Shown: positions 1 through 10,592, counted from the stretch's first letter. The stretch is 32,000 nucleotides of DNA from Wolbachia endosymbiont of Cimex lectularius (GCF_000829315.1 NZ_AP013028.1:930001-962000), one strand, 5' to 3'. Notes: generated from the letters alone by a model not told the origin. Program-made: numbers and translations.

Positions 1-1036
1 TTATTTGGTATTTCCTTTTCTAAACTAATTCCGGTTTCTTTTAATTTGGGTGACAGCATATTCAAACATGAATCTATTATTTTATTCAGGTTAAACTTCA
101 CTTTTTCTACTGTTAAGCTGCTTGCTTCAGCTTTTGACAAATCAAGCACATCATTAATTAAAGTAAGTAAATGTGTTCCTGCATTATATATATCGTTTGC
201 ATACTCCTTATATTGGGCATGATCCATCGAACCTAAAGTTTCATTTTTGATCAACTTTGCAAATCCAATAATAGCATTAAGTGGCGTGCGCAGCTCATGT
301 GTAACGCTTGCAAAAAACTTTAGCTTGTTTGCATTTTCTTGCTCTAACGCCTCTTTCATCTGTTGTAATTCGATATTAGTTTTATGTTGCTTAGCTAGCA
401 CTTGGGTGTTGGAAAAGTGCAAATAAAGCATTATTAGTATTAAAATTACTAATAATAAGCCCATGAACGTTAAAAATAGGCTATATACCATGACATAAGA
501 GTTATTGTGGTTTTGAATGATCTTTAAAAAAAATGATGGCTTAATGTCACTTTCATGAAATATAGGGAAAATAGAAACTAGTTTATTTCCTGTAGTATAA
601 AATATCTCTTGGTTGTTTAGTAACCTATCGATTTCATCGTCTGTAAGTAACTGTTCATAATCATGATCTTGGGTGTTAAAGTGACTGAACATTATTCTAC
701 TATTTTGATCATATAGTATTAAGCTCAAGTTCTTCACTTCGCTAACTGATTGTAATAATTCAGCACGCAGCCTTATCAGTTGGTTTATATAATCAAAGTT
801 CTTGTATTTAATGTGGTGCTTTTCTATTAGTAAGTAGTGATACTTTTTTATTATGCTATTTTCCAGTACACTTTTTAAGCCTATACTTGAGTCACGGTAA
901 GAAGAGAGAAAGTTATTCCTTAGTGAATAATTACAATATATCACACTGAATAAAATCACAAAAATTGATGAGAATAATGCGATAACTTTTGCGTATCTAT
1001 TTTTCTTTAGTGCAGAAAGTGTTAATTTACTTAGTT
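1..1036 (-). CDS. Sensor histidine kinase (HisKA dimerisation domain), partial, runs off the left edge of the window
   Basis: Minus-strand reading gives an N-terminal TM region (MYKLSKLTLSALKKNRYAKVIALFSSIFVILF), a second TM (FLTFMGLLLVILILIMLYLHF), then a coiled segment and the H-box ENANKLKFFASVTHELRTPLNAIIGFAKLIKNETLGSMDHAQYKEYANDIYNAGTHLLTLINDVLDLSKAEA. Not in the ORF track because it is open at the edge. Confidence 0.85.
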
Positions 1037-1107
1037 TATACATATCCTTCTCATTGTGAAATAAAGACTTTTATGTTATTAATTAAAATTTAGCATACCA
1101 TACTTTT

Positions 1108-2298
1108 ATGACAATTTCTCCTATCTTGCCAGTTTATTCTCCTATTAATATAAATTTTTCTTATGGCAAAGGTATTTATTTGTATGATGTCAATGGCAAG
1201 TGTTACATAGATTTTCACTCTGGAATAGCCGTTAGCAGCTTAGGTCATGCCAATCCGCAATTAATTAGTGCTCTTAAATTGCAAGGGGAAAAGTTATGGC
1301 ATATATCAAATACCTACAATATACCTGCTGCTAACAACTTTGCAGAAAAACTAAAGGACAACAGCTTTGCTGATACCGTATTTTTCACAAATTCTGGATC
1401 AGAAGCAGTAGAGTGTGGGCTTAAGATTGCTAGGGCCTATCAAAACGGGAAAGGCAGTAAAAATCGCCATAGAATTTTAACATTTCATAGTGCATTTCAT
1501 GGAAGAACATTTTTAACTTGTGCTACAAACGATAGACAGAAATTTTCTGAACTACTGAATCCTTATATTGATTGGTGTGATAACGTCGAGCCCAATATTG
1601 AGAGCGTAAGAAAAGCAATTTCTAATAGTATAGGCGTTATATTGATAGAACCAATACAGGGACAAGGTGGTATTAAAGTAATGAATGAAGTCTTCATGAA
1701 GGAGCTAAGAAAGCTGTGTGATGAAAACGACATATTGCTATTTTTTGATTGTGTACAATGCGGTGCTGGTAGAACAGGAAAGTTATTTGCATATGAACAT
1801 ATAGGAGTAGAACCTGACATATGCGCTCTTGCAAAAGGAATAGGGGTAGGGTTCCCGCTAGGGGCTTGTCTTGCAACTGAAAAGGCTGCTAAGTACATGA
1901 AAGTTGGCATGCACGGTTCCACTTTTGGTGGCAATCCACTTGCAACTTCAGTAGGCAATGCTGTGGTTGATGAATTACTCAGCTCCGGCTTTTTGGAGAA
2001 TATTGAAATTAGAGGCAAGTATTTAAAAAATAAATTAGAAGATCTGGCAAGTAAATTTCCAATGATAGAAGAGGTAAGAGGAAAGGGGCTAATGCTTGGG
2101 ATAAAAGTGAAAATGAATAGCCAAAAGTTTGCAGAAGAGCTAAGTTATCGTGGTTTACTCACTGTTGGAGTAACATCAGATAATGTTGTAAGAATTTTGC
2201 CTCCACTCATCATCACTGAAAAGGAAATCGACGAAGGCATTGAAATTCTGACTCAATATTTATCTGATAACAATTCCCAATGCATAAGGAAAGGATAG
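1108..2298 (+). CDS. argD: Acetylornithine / succinyldiaminopimelate aminotransferase family (class III PLP aminotransferase)
   Basis: 396 aa ORF with FFTNSGSEAVECGLKIAR, HSAFHGRT, IEPIQGQGG, LAKGIGVGFPLGA (PLP lysine) and HGSTFGGNPLA motifs. Confidence 0.9.
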   Translation: MTISPILPVYSPININFSYGKGIYLYDVNGKCYIDFHSGIAVSSLGHANPQLISALKLQGEKLWHISNTYNIPAANNFAEKLKDNSFADTVFFTNSGSEAVECGLKIARAYQNGKGSKNRHRILTFHSAFHGRTFLTCATNDRQKFSELLNPYIDWCDNVEPNIESVRKAISNSIGVILIEPIQGQGGIKVMNEVFMKELRKLCDENDILLFFDCVQCGAGRTGKLFAYEHIGVEPDICALAKGIGVGFPLGACLATEKAAKYMKVGMHGSTFGGNPLATSVGNAVVDELLSSGFLENIEIRGKYLKNKLEDLASKFPMIEEVRGKGLMLGIKVKMNSQKFAEELSYRGLLTVGVTSDNVVRILPPLIITEKEIDEGIEILTQYLSDNNSQCIRKG

Positions 2299-2751
2299 AC
2301 AACAGTGGAAAAAAGCTACCCAATAGAAACAAAAAAACTACTTGACAAATCTCACCAACCCCATTATTATAGTAGTAAGGTTATTTCTGACTCAAAACTT
2401 GTTTTTGATCTGCAGGCTCAATGACAAAATTCAGTAAAAAACTCAGAGTATTTTTTGGCGGATTGTATCAAATTATAGCGGCTGCATGTCTTTTTCATTT
2501 TTTCTACATTCAGCCAAATCGCGCTTGAACTAAGCGTCAGCAAATTATTATAGCGCCAATTTAAAGTATTATAGAGTCAAAACTCGCCACCACGGGGCTT
2601 CTTTTGCTTTTTTTCTCGCTTGGTAAATTTTTTAATATAATTGCAATGCAAGATGAGGCTTGGATTCGTAGGCCAATACATCCAAAACAAAAAGATTGAA
2701 TATTTCTACAGAATTGTGTATAATTTTTAATACTTTTTAAGTAAATTTCTC

Positions 2752-3651
2752 ATGGCTTTATCAAAATTTCTCAATCCAAAATTGGACTTAACCTTCAAGA
2801 AAATCTTTGGCACTGAGAAAAACAAGAACATTCTTATCCATTTTTTCAATGATATCTTAGGATTTACTGGAATAGATACTATACAAGAAGTTGAGTTTCT
2901 TAGCACCTATATGGATCCTGAAATTGCCTTCGATAAACAGAGTATCGTTGACGTTCTTTGCAAGGATTCTAGAGGGCTTAGGTACGTGATTGAGATGCAG
3001 CTTGCTCGCGATAAAGGCTTCGAAAAACGCGCTCATCTATATGCAGCTAAAGCTTATTCAAGGCAGGTTGGGAAAGGTGGCAAGTACATCGATTTAAAGA
3101 CAGTATTCTTTATTGCTATTTCCGATAATGCGATATTTCCTGAGGAAGTTGAGTACATTTCTACTCATAATATACGAGAGGTAAAAACCAATGGACATTA
3201 CTTAAAAGATTTTCAGTTTGTTTTTATTGAGTTGCCTAAATTCGCAAAAAACAGAGTGGAGGAACTAGAGAGCATAATAGAAAGGTGGTGTTTCTTTTTC
3301 AAGTATGCAGAGGATACTACAGATGAAGACTTAAGGAATATAGCAGAAAAATCACCAATAATAAAGCTAGCGTATGATGAGTTAGACAAGTTTCGCTGGA
3401 ATGAGAAAGATCTAATAGCATATGAAGAAAGATTAATGGACCTACGCAAAGAAGAAGGCATCCTCGCTCAAAAACTTGATGATGCTACTGAAAAAGGCAG
3501 ACAAGAAGGCAGAGCGGAGGGGAGAGAGGAAGGAAAAATTGAAGTGGCAAAGGCAATGCTGGCTGATAATGTTGACGTCAACACTATTGTCAAATTTACC
3601 GGTCTTTCCATTAGTGAAATTGAAAGAATTGCAAGATTAAAAGACACTTAA
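2752..3651 (+). CDS. Rpn family recombination-promoting nuclease / putative transposase (PD-(D/E)XK)
   Basis: 299 aa ORF: LNPKLDLTFKKIFGTEKNKNILIHFFNDIL..., VDVLCKDSRGLRYVIEMQL nuclease-like core, charged C-terminal GRQEGRAEGREEGKIEVAKAML repeat typical of the family. Confidence 0.85.
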   Translation: MALSKFLNPKLDLTFKKIFGTEKNKNILIHFFNDILGFTGIDTIQEVEFLSTYMDPEIAFDKQSIVDVLCKDSRGLRYVIEMQLARDKGFEKRAHLYAAKAYSRQVGKGGKYIDLKTVFFIAISDNAIFPEEVEYISTHNIREVKTNGHYLKDFQFVFIELPKFAKNRVEELESIIERWCFFFKYAEDTTDEDLRNIAEKSPIIKLAYDELDKFRWNEKDLIAYEERLMDLRKEEGILAQKLDDATEKGRQEGRAEGREEGKIEVAKAMLADNVDVNTIVKFTGLSISEIERIARLKDT

Positions 3652-3796
3652 CTTAACGCAATACAGTAAGTGCTAGAATGACGAAAGAAAAGTGCACTAC
3701 TGGTTTCTCATACGGGTATACGAGAATCTAATGATTGGTATAAATAAACGTGCTTTTTTGTTATTAAAGCTTTAACCAAGGCGTTTATAACGTCCA

Positions 3797-4789
3797 TTAA
3801 GCACGATAAAGAAAATCATTTGTAATTGCTATGGCAACCAGCGTTGAAACTTGACGAGCCTTGTGATTTGATAAATAGAGATTTTTATCTGACTTCACAA
3901 CAAGCGCTTCTGGATGACTTTGAAAGTAGATATTACCATGCTTATCTTCAATAGCCTCTATTACCCCATCACTGGAAAATGCTGCAACTTTATATCCTAG
4001 TAACTCTAACTTTTTTCTGTTTTCCGGCGTATTACTTACTGCTCCTGAATGAGCATCTGGAAAACATGTTGAAAACCAGCCATTTTCGTCAGGTGGTAAA
4101 AATTTAGCCACCACCTCTGCTAAACGACTGTTTGGAACAATTTTAATCTGCTGGAGAGGTACACTCTCTTGCTGTGGATTAGGTGCTGATTTTAAATGAG
4201 ATCTTTGCTTCTCTTCATCACTTACAAGATTTGCCACACTCACTACTTCAATTCCTTTTGCATTCATGATACCTTGTAAACCGCCACATATGCCAAGTAA
4301 ATGGATTGTAGGATTATCATCTACTATTTTCACAATTGCTTCAGTAACAAGCTGGCGACAAGGAGTAGGAGGAAAAGGTTCAGAGTGTAAATTATAGTAA
4401 TTTCCTGGAATAAATATCCTATTTATTTTGTGCTCTTTAATAAACTTTGCAACTTCAACTTTTATTCTGTCTAATGTCAGCTTCCTTGCCAATATTTCAT
4501 CTTGTTTTGCAAGATTAAGTGACTCTGCCTGAATTTTTTTAAGGCTAATTATTTTATTATAATCAATTAGTACAGTTTTGACTCCCCAATTATTAAACAT
4601 CTCGTAGATATTTTGAGATAAGCCAATCTCATGTGGATATGTTTCTTCTTCTGTTTTCAATAAACCAACAACTATGTCACCATTTATTGAATGCAAATTT
4701 TCACTAGTGCCTGCATAAGCAATGCTGCTAAATAACAGAATTACACTTAATAAGATATTAAATACTTTATTATAATATCTATACAACAT
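3797..4789 (-). CDS. Exported gamma-glutamyl-gamma-aminobutyrate hydrolase / class-I glutamine amidotransferase-like (C26) protein
   Basis: 330 aa; N-terminal hydrophobic signal (VFNILLSVILLFSSIAYAG); nucleophile motif LLGICGGLQGIMNAKG; late FQSHPEA His/Glu motif. Confidence 0.8.
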   Translation of the reverse strand: MLYRYYNKVFNILLSVILLFSSIAYAGTSENLHSINGDIVVGLLKTEEETYPHEIGLSQNIYEMFNNWGVKTVLIDYNKIISLKKIQAESLNLAKQDEILARKLTLDRIKVEVAKFIKEHKINRIFIPGNYYNLHSEPFPPTPCRQLVTEAIVKIVDDNPTIHLLGICGGLQGIMNAKGIEVVSVANLVSDEEKQRSHLKSAPNPQQESVPLQQIKIVPNSRLAEVVAKFLPPDENGWFSTCFPDAHSGAVSNTPENRKKLELLGYKVAAFSSDGVIEAIEDKHGNIYFQSHPEALVVKSDKNLYLSNHKARQVSTLVAIAITNDFLYRA

Positions 4790-4879
4790 AATTTACTACA
4801 CTAATATTCATGTAAATATCATAACACATAATAGAGTATTTTGCAACAAGAAGGTAAATTTATTAAGGAAGGGAAAGTG

Positions 4880-4952
4880 GCCTGAGCAGGAATCGAACCA
4901 GCGACACAAGGATTTTCAGTCCTTTGCTCTACCAACTGAGCTATCAGGCCAA
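4880..4952 (-). tRNA. tRNA-Phe (GAA)
   Basis: Reverse complement GGCCTGATAGCTCAGTTGGTAGAGCAAAGGACTGAAAATCCTTGTGTCGCTGGTTCGATTCCTGCTCAGGCCA folds as a cloverleaf; anticodon loop CTGAAAA. Confidence 0.95.
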
Positions 4953-5031
4953 CCATATGCTTTCATTTTTAGATAAAAAATGTTATTATGTCTATCAAAA
5001 GTTTTTAAAGTAATTTATATAAAAATAAAGG

Positions 5032-5538
5032 ATGAGCATTAATAACAGAATAGGAATTTACCCTGGAACATTTGACCCTATAACCTTTGGACATATTGAC
5101 ATAATAAAAAGAGCATGTAAACTAGTTGATAAATTAATAATTGGTGTTGCAGAAAATGTTAATAAGTACACTGCCTTTGACGTAAAGTTGCGCACAAGCA
5201 TGGCTAAAAATGAAATTAAAAAACTAGGAATTGGCGCAGATGTTGTATCTTTTAATGGGCTGTTAATGAAGTTTGCTAAAGAGCAGAATGCCTCTGTCAT
5301 TATTAGAGGACTCAGAGCAGTATCGGATTTTGATTATGAGTTTCAAATGAGTTGGGTAAATTATAAACTTCTTCCTGAAATTGAAACCATATTTCTTCCT
5401 GCCTCTGAGGATACCCAATTTATTTCATCAAGTTTTGTAAAAGAAATAGCAAGATTAGGGGAAAGTGTTAGCAAATTTGTGCCAGAGGGCGTTCAGAAGG
5501 AATTGATTAATCTAAGCAGGATAAGAAGTGAAGAATAA
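5032..5538 (+). CDS. coaD: Phosphopantetheine adenylyltransferase
   Basis: 168 aa; IGIYPGTFDPITFGHIDIIKRA nucleotidyltransferase motif, FVKEIARLGESVSKFVP. Confidence 0.95.
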   Translation: MSINNRIGIYPGTFDPITFGHIDIIKRACKLVDKLIIGVAENVNKYTAFDVKLRTSMAKNEIKKLGIGADVVSFNGLLMKFAKEQNASVIIRGLRAVSDFDYEFQMSWVNYKLLPEIETIFLPASEDTQFISSSFVKEIARLGESVSKFVPEGVQKELINLSRIRSEE

Positions 5539-5603
5539 TGTTTATTTTCTATTCCCAAACATGTATATTCAATACATAAAACATTATAAACTAAAGGAGC
5601 AAT

Positions 5604-5858
5604 ATGACAGTGAGGGATAATGATATAATAATTTGTTGTCGTGGTGATGAGGACGATGATGGTTCTGGTCATCCATTAATATACTTGTATAAAGAAGGAA
5701 GCGAAACATTCTGTCCTTATTGTAATAAGCCAATGAATGAAGAATTTAAATATGAAGAGTCTGAAGAATCTGAAAGATTTAAATCCAACGAAGAATCTAA
5801 ATCTGTTGAAGGGTGCATTGTGAAAGCAGTTAATGAAAAGAAGAGAACCCATGGATGA
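5604..5858 (+). CDS. Small zinc-finger domain protein (zf-CHCC-like)
   Basis: 84 aa; HPLIYLYKEGSETFCPYCNKPM motif, acidic Glu/Ser-rich tail. Confidence 0.7.
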   Translation: MTVRDNDIIICCRGDEDDDGSGHPLIYLYKEGSETFCPYCNKPMNEEFKYEESEESERFKSNEESKSVEGCIVKAVNEKKRTHG

Positions 5859-5880
5859 AATAACACTTCATTCTTTTTAG

Positions 5881-6507
5881 CTAGCTTATATAGATTGCAA
5901 TAAGGGGAGCAGTGAAAATGAAACTGTCCATACGATCGAGTACTCCTCCATGGCCAGGTATCATACTTCCACTATCTTTAACATTGTAAACTCTTTTAAT
6001 GAGTGATTCAGTGAAATCACCAAGTTGTGCTAAAGTAGCAATTGCGAGGCCAATTATTGGAGAATAAAAGACTGAAAATAAACCTAAAAATATTGATCCG
6101 AAAATTGTACACACTATTCCAGCTAGGATTGCACCAAGAAGTCCTGACCAAGTTTTTCCGGGGCTAATAATTGGACAAATTTTAGCTCCACTAAAATTCT
6201 TACCAAATAGGTAGGCAGTGATATCAATGCTCCAAATGGTTAAGATGAGCCATACTAATGTATATTTTCCCTGCGGCAGGTTATATAGGTATATCAATGA
6301 GGCATTTGGTAGCGCAATCAATAGTAATGCGAAAACGTATAAGATTCTGTTCCCCCGAGTTAGGTTATACCATTCAAAAGAAGATAAAACTGCTATCGAA
6401 AAAATTAGTAGATAAAACGATAAATCGCTGAAATATGTAGCAAAAGAGAATATAAGCAATATTACTATTGAAGACAGTATTCTAATCACAAAATTATTAT
6501 CTGCCAT
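5881..6507 (-). CDS. cdsA: Phosphatidate cytidylyltransferase
   Basis: 208 aa membrane protein with the CDP-diglyceride synthetase signature QLGDFTESLIKRVYNVKDSGSMIPGHGGVLDRMDS; downstream of uppS. Confidence 0.95.
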   Translation of the reverse strand: MADNNFVIRILSSIVILLIFSFATYFSDLSFYLLIFSIAVLSSFEWYNLTRGNRILYVFALLLIALPNASLIYLYNLPQGKYTLVWLILTIWSIDITAYLFGKNFSGAKICPIISPGKTWSGLLGAILAGIVCTIFGSIFLGLFSVFYSPIIGLAIATLAQLGDFTESLIKRVYNVKDSGSMIPGHGGVLDRMDSFIFTAPLIAIYIS

Positions 6508-7192
6508 ATCTTTTTTCTCTTTTCGTATAATCTTCTAATGCTTTACCCAAATCTTGACAAGAAAAATCAGGCCACAAAGTATCACAAAAATATAATTCAG
6601 CGTAAGCTGCTTGCCACAATAAAAAGTTACTTAACCTTTTTTCACCGCCAGTGCGAATCAACAAATCCAACTTCGGCAAATCTTTAGTATATAGAAATTT
6701 TTCAAATTCGTCTTCTGATACATGAGCAATATTTTCTTTCATAATGTTGCTTACAGCATGTATAATTTCTTGCTTTGCTCCGTAGCTGACCGCTACAGTA
6801 AGTAATAAACCATCGTTCTTATGTGTTATTTCCTCTGCTTTTTTAATTTGATCAAGTATTTTTTTTGGTAACAAACTTAAATTACCGATAAAACTCAACT
6901 TAATATTATGATTGCAAATGAAATTGATTTTATCCTCGTCAGTTAGAACAGAGTAAAATAAACCAAATAGATGGTCAGTTTCTTCTTTAGGCCTAAGCCA
7001 ATTCTCCATGGAAAATGCGTACAAAGTCAAATAGGGTATGGCTAGGGTTGTGCAATGCTTAGCAATGTCATATGCAACCTCACTGCCCTTTCTATAACCA
7101 TCAATTTTTATCTTCCCTTGGTTGTTTGCCCACCGACCATTGCCATCCATAATGATTGCTAAGTGTTTTGGTAGAGACTCAAGATTCAACAT
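6497..7192 (-). CDS. uppS: Isoprenyl transferase (undecaprenyl diphosphate synthase)
   Basis: 231 aa; LAIIMDGNGRWANNQGK and LLIRTGGEKRLSNFLLWQAAYAELYF motifs. Confidence 0.95.
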   Translation of the reverse strand: MLNLESLPKHLAIIMDGNGRWANNQGKIKIDGYRKGSEVAYDIAKHCTTLAIPYLTLYAFSMENWLRPKEETDHLFGLFYSVLTDEDKINFICNHNIKLSFIGNLSLLPKKILDQIKKAEEITHKNDGLLLTVAVSYGAKQEIIHAVSNIMKENIAHVSEDEFEKFLYTKDLPKLDLLIRTGGEKRLSNFLLWQAAYAELYFCDTLWPDFSCQDLGKALEDYTKREKRYGR

Positions 7193-7258
7193 TTAGAGTT
7201 CACCCGATGTCATAAAAGTAACTGACACACAGCTATACGAACATTGTACTACCAGGAG

Positions 7259-7418
7259 GGTGTCATTCCAGTGCCCCGACACTGGAATCCAGAAATTTGA
7301 TTGCAAGTGAGCACACTGAGCTGATAAGCATAAAAATAGCTGTCTTATGCTAAAACAAACGTCTTTGACGAGATTGTATGAAAAGCTGGATCCCAGTGTC
7401 AAGCACTGGGATGACACC
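7259..7418. repeat. MITE-like palindromic repeat, copy A
   Basis: Bounded by GGTGTCAT...ATGACACC; contains terminal hairpins ATTCCAGTG/CACTGGAAT (7265-7288) and ATCCCAGTG/CACTGGGAT (7390-7412). Confidence 0.75.
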
Positions 7419-7554
7419 TTTGTTTTTGAGGCAAAAACGGCTAACACACTGCCTCCGCGGACAAATGTTCGTACAGTTGCGTGTCAGCTACTCGGATGAT
7501 ATCTTTGCATGTAATTCGTTTTTTTTTACTATTGAAGGCTTCTTTCATATCAAC

Positions 7555-8112
7555 TTAGTGATTCAGTATATCTTTTTCTTTAATAGATAACTCGCTATCA
7601 ATCTTTTTGATATTATCATCAGTAATATTCTGTATTTCCTTTTTAGCACTATGAAGATCATCTTCTGAGATTTCTTTACTTTCCTGCATTTTCTCTATTT
7701 CTTCCATAATATCTCTACGTATATTTCTAATGGCAACTCGCGCATTTTCAGCAAACTGGTGCAATAATTTCACTAATCTTTCACGGGTTTCTTGCGTTAA
7801 ATCTGGAAGGGTTATACGTATAGTATTACCTTCGACGACAGGATTTAAATTTAGGTTGGCATTCAATATAGCATTCTTTACTTCACCTATAACGCTAATG
7901 TCCCAAACTTTAATTGATAATGTTTTATTGTCCGTAACTGAAACACCGGCAACTTGATTCAGTTTTTGATGTCCGCCATAGATATTTACAACTATGCCAT
8001 CAAGTAATGATGCACTAGCTCTATCGGTGCGTATACCTTTAATATCATCATGAAAGGACTGAATAGTTTTTAGCATCTTTTCTTTTGTTTTAGTTTTTAC
8101 TTCATTCAACAT
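7555..8112 (-). CDS. frr: Ribosome recycling factor
   Basis: 185 aa; GIRTDRASASLLDGIVVNIYG, LTQETRERLVKLLHQFAENARVAIRNIRRD. Confidence 0.97.
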   Translation of the reverse strand: MLNEVKTKTKEKMLKTIQSFHDDIKGIRTDRASASLLDGIVVNIYGGHQKLNQVAGVSVTDNKTLSIKVWDISVIGEVKNAILNANLNLNPVVEGNTIRITLPDLTQETRERLVKLLHQFAENARVAIRNIRRDIMEEIEKMQESKEISEDDLHSAKKEIQNITDDNIKKIDSELSIKEKDILNH

Positions 8113-8122
8113 AAATTACCTA

Positions 8123-8860
8123 TCATTTATAATCTGAAACTATAGTATAAGTACCACGACCCTTAACAATATTGACTATTTTTTCTTTTTTCAAAGAAAA
8201 AACTATAATTGGAACGGAATTCTCACGTGCAAGTGAGATCGCTGACGCATCCATAACTTTTAAATCACGAGTCAACAAATCCATGTAAGAAAGCTTATCA
8301 TACATTACAGCATCCTCATTTTTTTTTGGATCAGCGGAGTATACACCATTTACTTGTGTACCTTTCAAAATAACATCACAATTCGTTTCAACAGCACGTA
8401 AAGCTGCAGCTGTATCTGTAGTAAAAAATGGATTACCTGTACCTGCCGCAAAGATTACTACTCTACCTTTTTCTAAATGAAGAATGGCTTTTCTCCTGAT
8501 ATAAGGTTCGCATATAGTGGCCATGGGTATTGCAGATAGCACCCTAGAGTCTACTAAATTTTTCTCTAAAAAATTTTGTAAAATCAAAGCATTAATTATA
8601 GTTGCAAGCATTCCAATATAATCACTGCTTGCTCTTTCACGACCGCTTAAAGATGCAGATGCGCCACGAAAGATATTACCACCACCAACAACAATACATA
8701 TCTGAACCCCAAGCTTGTGGACATTAGCTACATCTTTGCACAATTGATCTATAACCTCCATATCATGACCATAAGGCCGTGATCCCATCAAAGCCTCACC
8801 AGAGATTTTAAATAACACCCTGTAGTATTTTATTTCATCTGTTGAGGCAGTCATTTTCAA
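8123..8860 (-). CDS. pyrH: UMP kinase
   Basis: 245 aa; [43 protein letters not shown]. Confidence 0.97.
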   Translation of the reverse strand: MKMTASTDEIKYYRVLFKISGEALMGSRPYGHDMEVIDQLCKDVANVHKLGVQICIVVGGGNIFRGASASLSGRERASSDYIGMLATIINALILQNFLEKNLVDSRVLSAIPMATICEPYIRRKAILHLEKGRVVIFAAGTGNPFFTTDTAAALRAVETNCDVILKGTQVNGVYSADPKKNEDAVMYDKLSYMDLLTRDLKVMDASAISLARENSVPIIVFSLKKEKIVNIVKGRGTYTIVSDYK

Positions 8861-8864
8861 CTAC

Positions 8865-9734
8865 TTAATCTCTGCTACCTAAAATAAGTAACTTATAATC
8901 AGACAATTTAACAGTAGAGTTTACACTCGACTCGCTTACTTTGATAAAATCAGAAATTTTCATTTTATCATCCCTTATAAACTTCTGTTCTAATAAAACA
9001 ACTTCTTCATAATATTTAGCCATTCGACCATCTACTATTTTCTTTGTCACCTCTTCAGGTTTATTTAAGCTTTTCACCTGTTCTTCAATTATAGAACGTT
9101 CATTGCTTAGCTTTGCTTGATCTAAGTCATCTATAGAGAGAGCTTCGGGCTTCATAGCAACTACGTGCATCGCTATTTGTCTCCCGACTTCTTGCAACTT
9201 TGACTTATCACCGGATGATTGCAGTGCCACTAAAGCACCAGTTTTACCTAGGCCACACACATCACCATGTGCATAACCAGCGACAATCCCGTTCTGAGCT
9301 TTCAAGTAACAAAGCTTGCTCAGCTCTAACTTTTCACCAAGAATAGATGTGCCATTTATGATAGCTTCCTGCACCGTACCAATGCCTTCATATTTGGCAT
9401 TTTTTAACTCATCAACGCTAGTACAGCATTCTTGATAAGCAATTGATGCTAAATTTGAGATCAGTTCTATAAATTTCTCATTTCTTGCAACAAAATCAGT
9501 TTCACAATTGAGTTCAATCAATACGCCACGATTTTCATCCAAATGCATAGCAATTAGACCATCTGAAGTTACCCTATCGAACTTTTTGTCAGCCTTAGCA
9601 AGCCCTATTGTACGTAACTTATCAATGGCCTTTTTGATATCACCATTACACTCTTCTAACGCTTTTTTACAATCACTTAAACCAAGCCCTGTTCTATTGC
9701 GTAGTTCCTTTATGCTATCTGGATTCATCTTCAT
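8865..9734 (-). CDS. tsf: Elongation factor Ts
   Basis: 289 aa; IKELRNRTGLGLSDCKKALEECNGDIKKAIDKLR, ELNCETDFVARN. Confidence 0.97.
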   Translation of the reverse strand: MKMNPDSIKELRNRTGLGLSDCKKALEECNGDIKKAIDKLRTIGLAKADKKFDRVTSDGLIAMHLDENRGVLIELNCETDFVARNEKFIELISNLASIAYQECCTSVDELKNAKYEGIGTVQEAIINGTSILGEKLELSKLCYLKAQNGIVAGYAHGDVCGLGKTGALVALQSSGDKSKLQEVGRQIAMHVVAMKPEALSIDDLDQAKLSNERSIIEEQVKSLNKPEEVTKKIVDGRMAKYYEEVVLLEQKFIRDDKMKISDFIKVSESSVNSTVKLSDYKLLILGSRD

Positions 9735-9737
9735 TCG

Positions 9738-10592
9738 TTACACCTCCTTTTCATCTTCTTTATAAATTTTACCGTGTCCCTTTTTAGTCTGTACAATATT
9801 ATCTCCTTTTTCTTGAATAAACTCATCACCCTTTATATTACCAACCTTAACTCCAGATCTTGCTAAACTAGATTCTATTCCGGTCAATATAAAGTCTGCA
9901 GCCAGCCTACAATAGAGTTCTATTGATTTTCTTGAGTCATCATTCCCTGGTATAGGATAAGTAATATCATCTGGATCAGAGTTAGTATCAAGTACTGCAA
10001 CTATTGGAATTCCCAATTTTTTCGCCTCTTTAACTGCAATGTGCTCTTTATTAGTATCAATGATGAACAAAATATCCGGAATTGCTCCCATCTCTCTAAT
10101 GCCACCTAGTGCCTTATCAAGCTTTTGCCTTTTCTTTTCAATATTCCCTAATTCTTTCTTCGTTAAAACGCTATTTTCATCATTTAGTATTTTTTCATAT
10201 TGAATTAGTGTTTTTATTGAAGAAGAGACAGTTCCCCAGTTAGTAAGCATACCACCAAGCCATCGATAATTTACATAATATTGACCACAACGAACTGCCT
10301 CACTTGCAATAATATCCAAAGCTTGAAATTTTGTACCAACAAATAAGATGCGACCACCTTGAGATGCAACTTCATATAAGGCCTTCATTGCCACCTGTAG
10401 TAATGGCAACGTTTTTCGTAAATCAATTATATGTATACGATTTTCTTGATGCACCCCATATATGTATGGAGCCATTTTTGCATTCCAGCGACTAATTTTA
10501 TGACCAAAATGTACGCCAGATCCAGCTAAATCACGTATAGTGATCTCAAGTAAGTTTACCATATTCATTCCTCCAAATAGTTTATCCTCCAT
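9738..10592 (-). CDS. rpsB: 30S ribosomal protein S2
   Basis: 284 aa; [58 protein letters not shown]. Confidence 0.97.
   Translation of the reverse strand: MEDKLFGGMNMVNLLEITIRDLAGSGVHFGHKISRWNAKMAPYIYGVHQENRIHIIDLRKTLPLLQVAMKALYEVASQGGRILFVGTKFQALDIIASEAVRCGQYYVNYRWLGGMLTNWGTVSSSIKTLIQYEKILNDENSVLTKKELGNIEKKRQKLDKALGGIREMGAIPDILFIIDTNKEHIAVKEAKKLGIPIVAVLDTNSDPDDITYPIPGNDDSRKSIELYCRLAADFILTGIESSLARSGVKVGNIKGDEFIQEKGDNIVQTKKGHGKIYKEDEKEV

Noticed and set aside
1563-2018. 151-aa minus-strand ORF opposite the aminotransferase gene
   Set aside because: Shadow ORF inside a well-supported conserved gene; no recognisable motif.
7193-7590. ORFs 7193..7447 and 7378..7590
   Set aside because: They read through the palindromic repeat and spacer; translations (e.g. 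WIPVSSTGMTPL) are the common artefact of these repeats.
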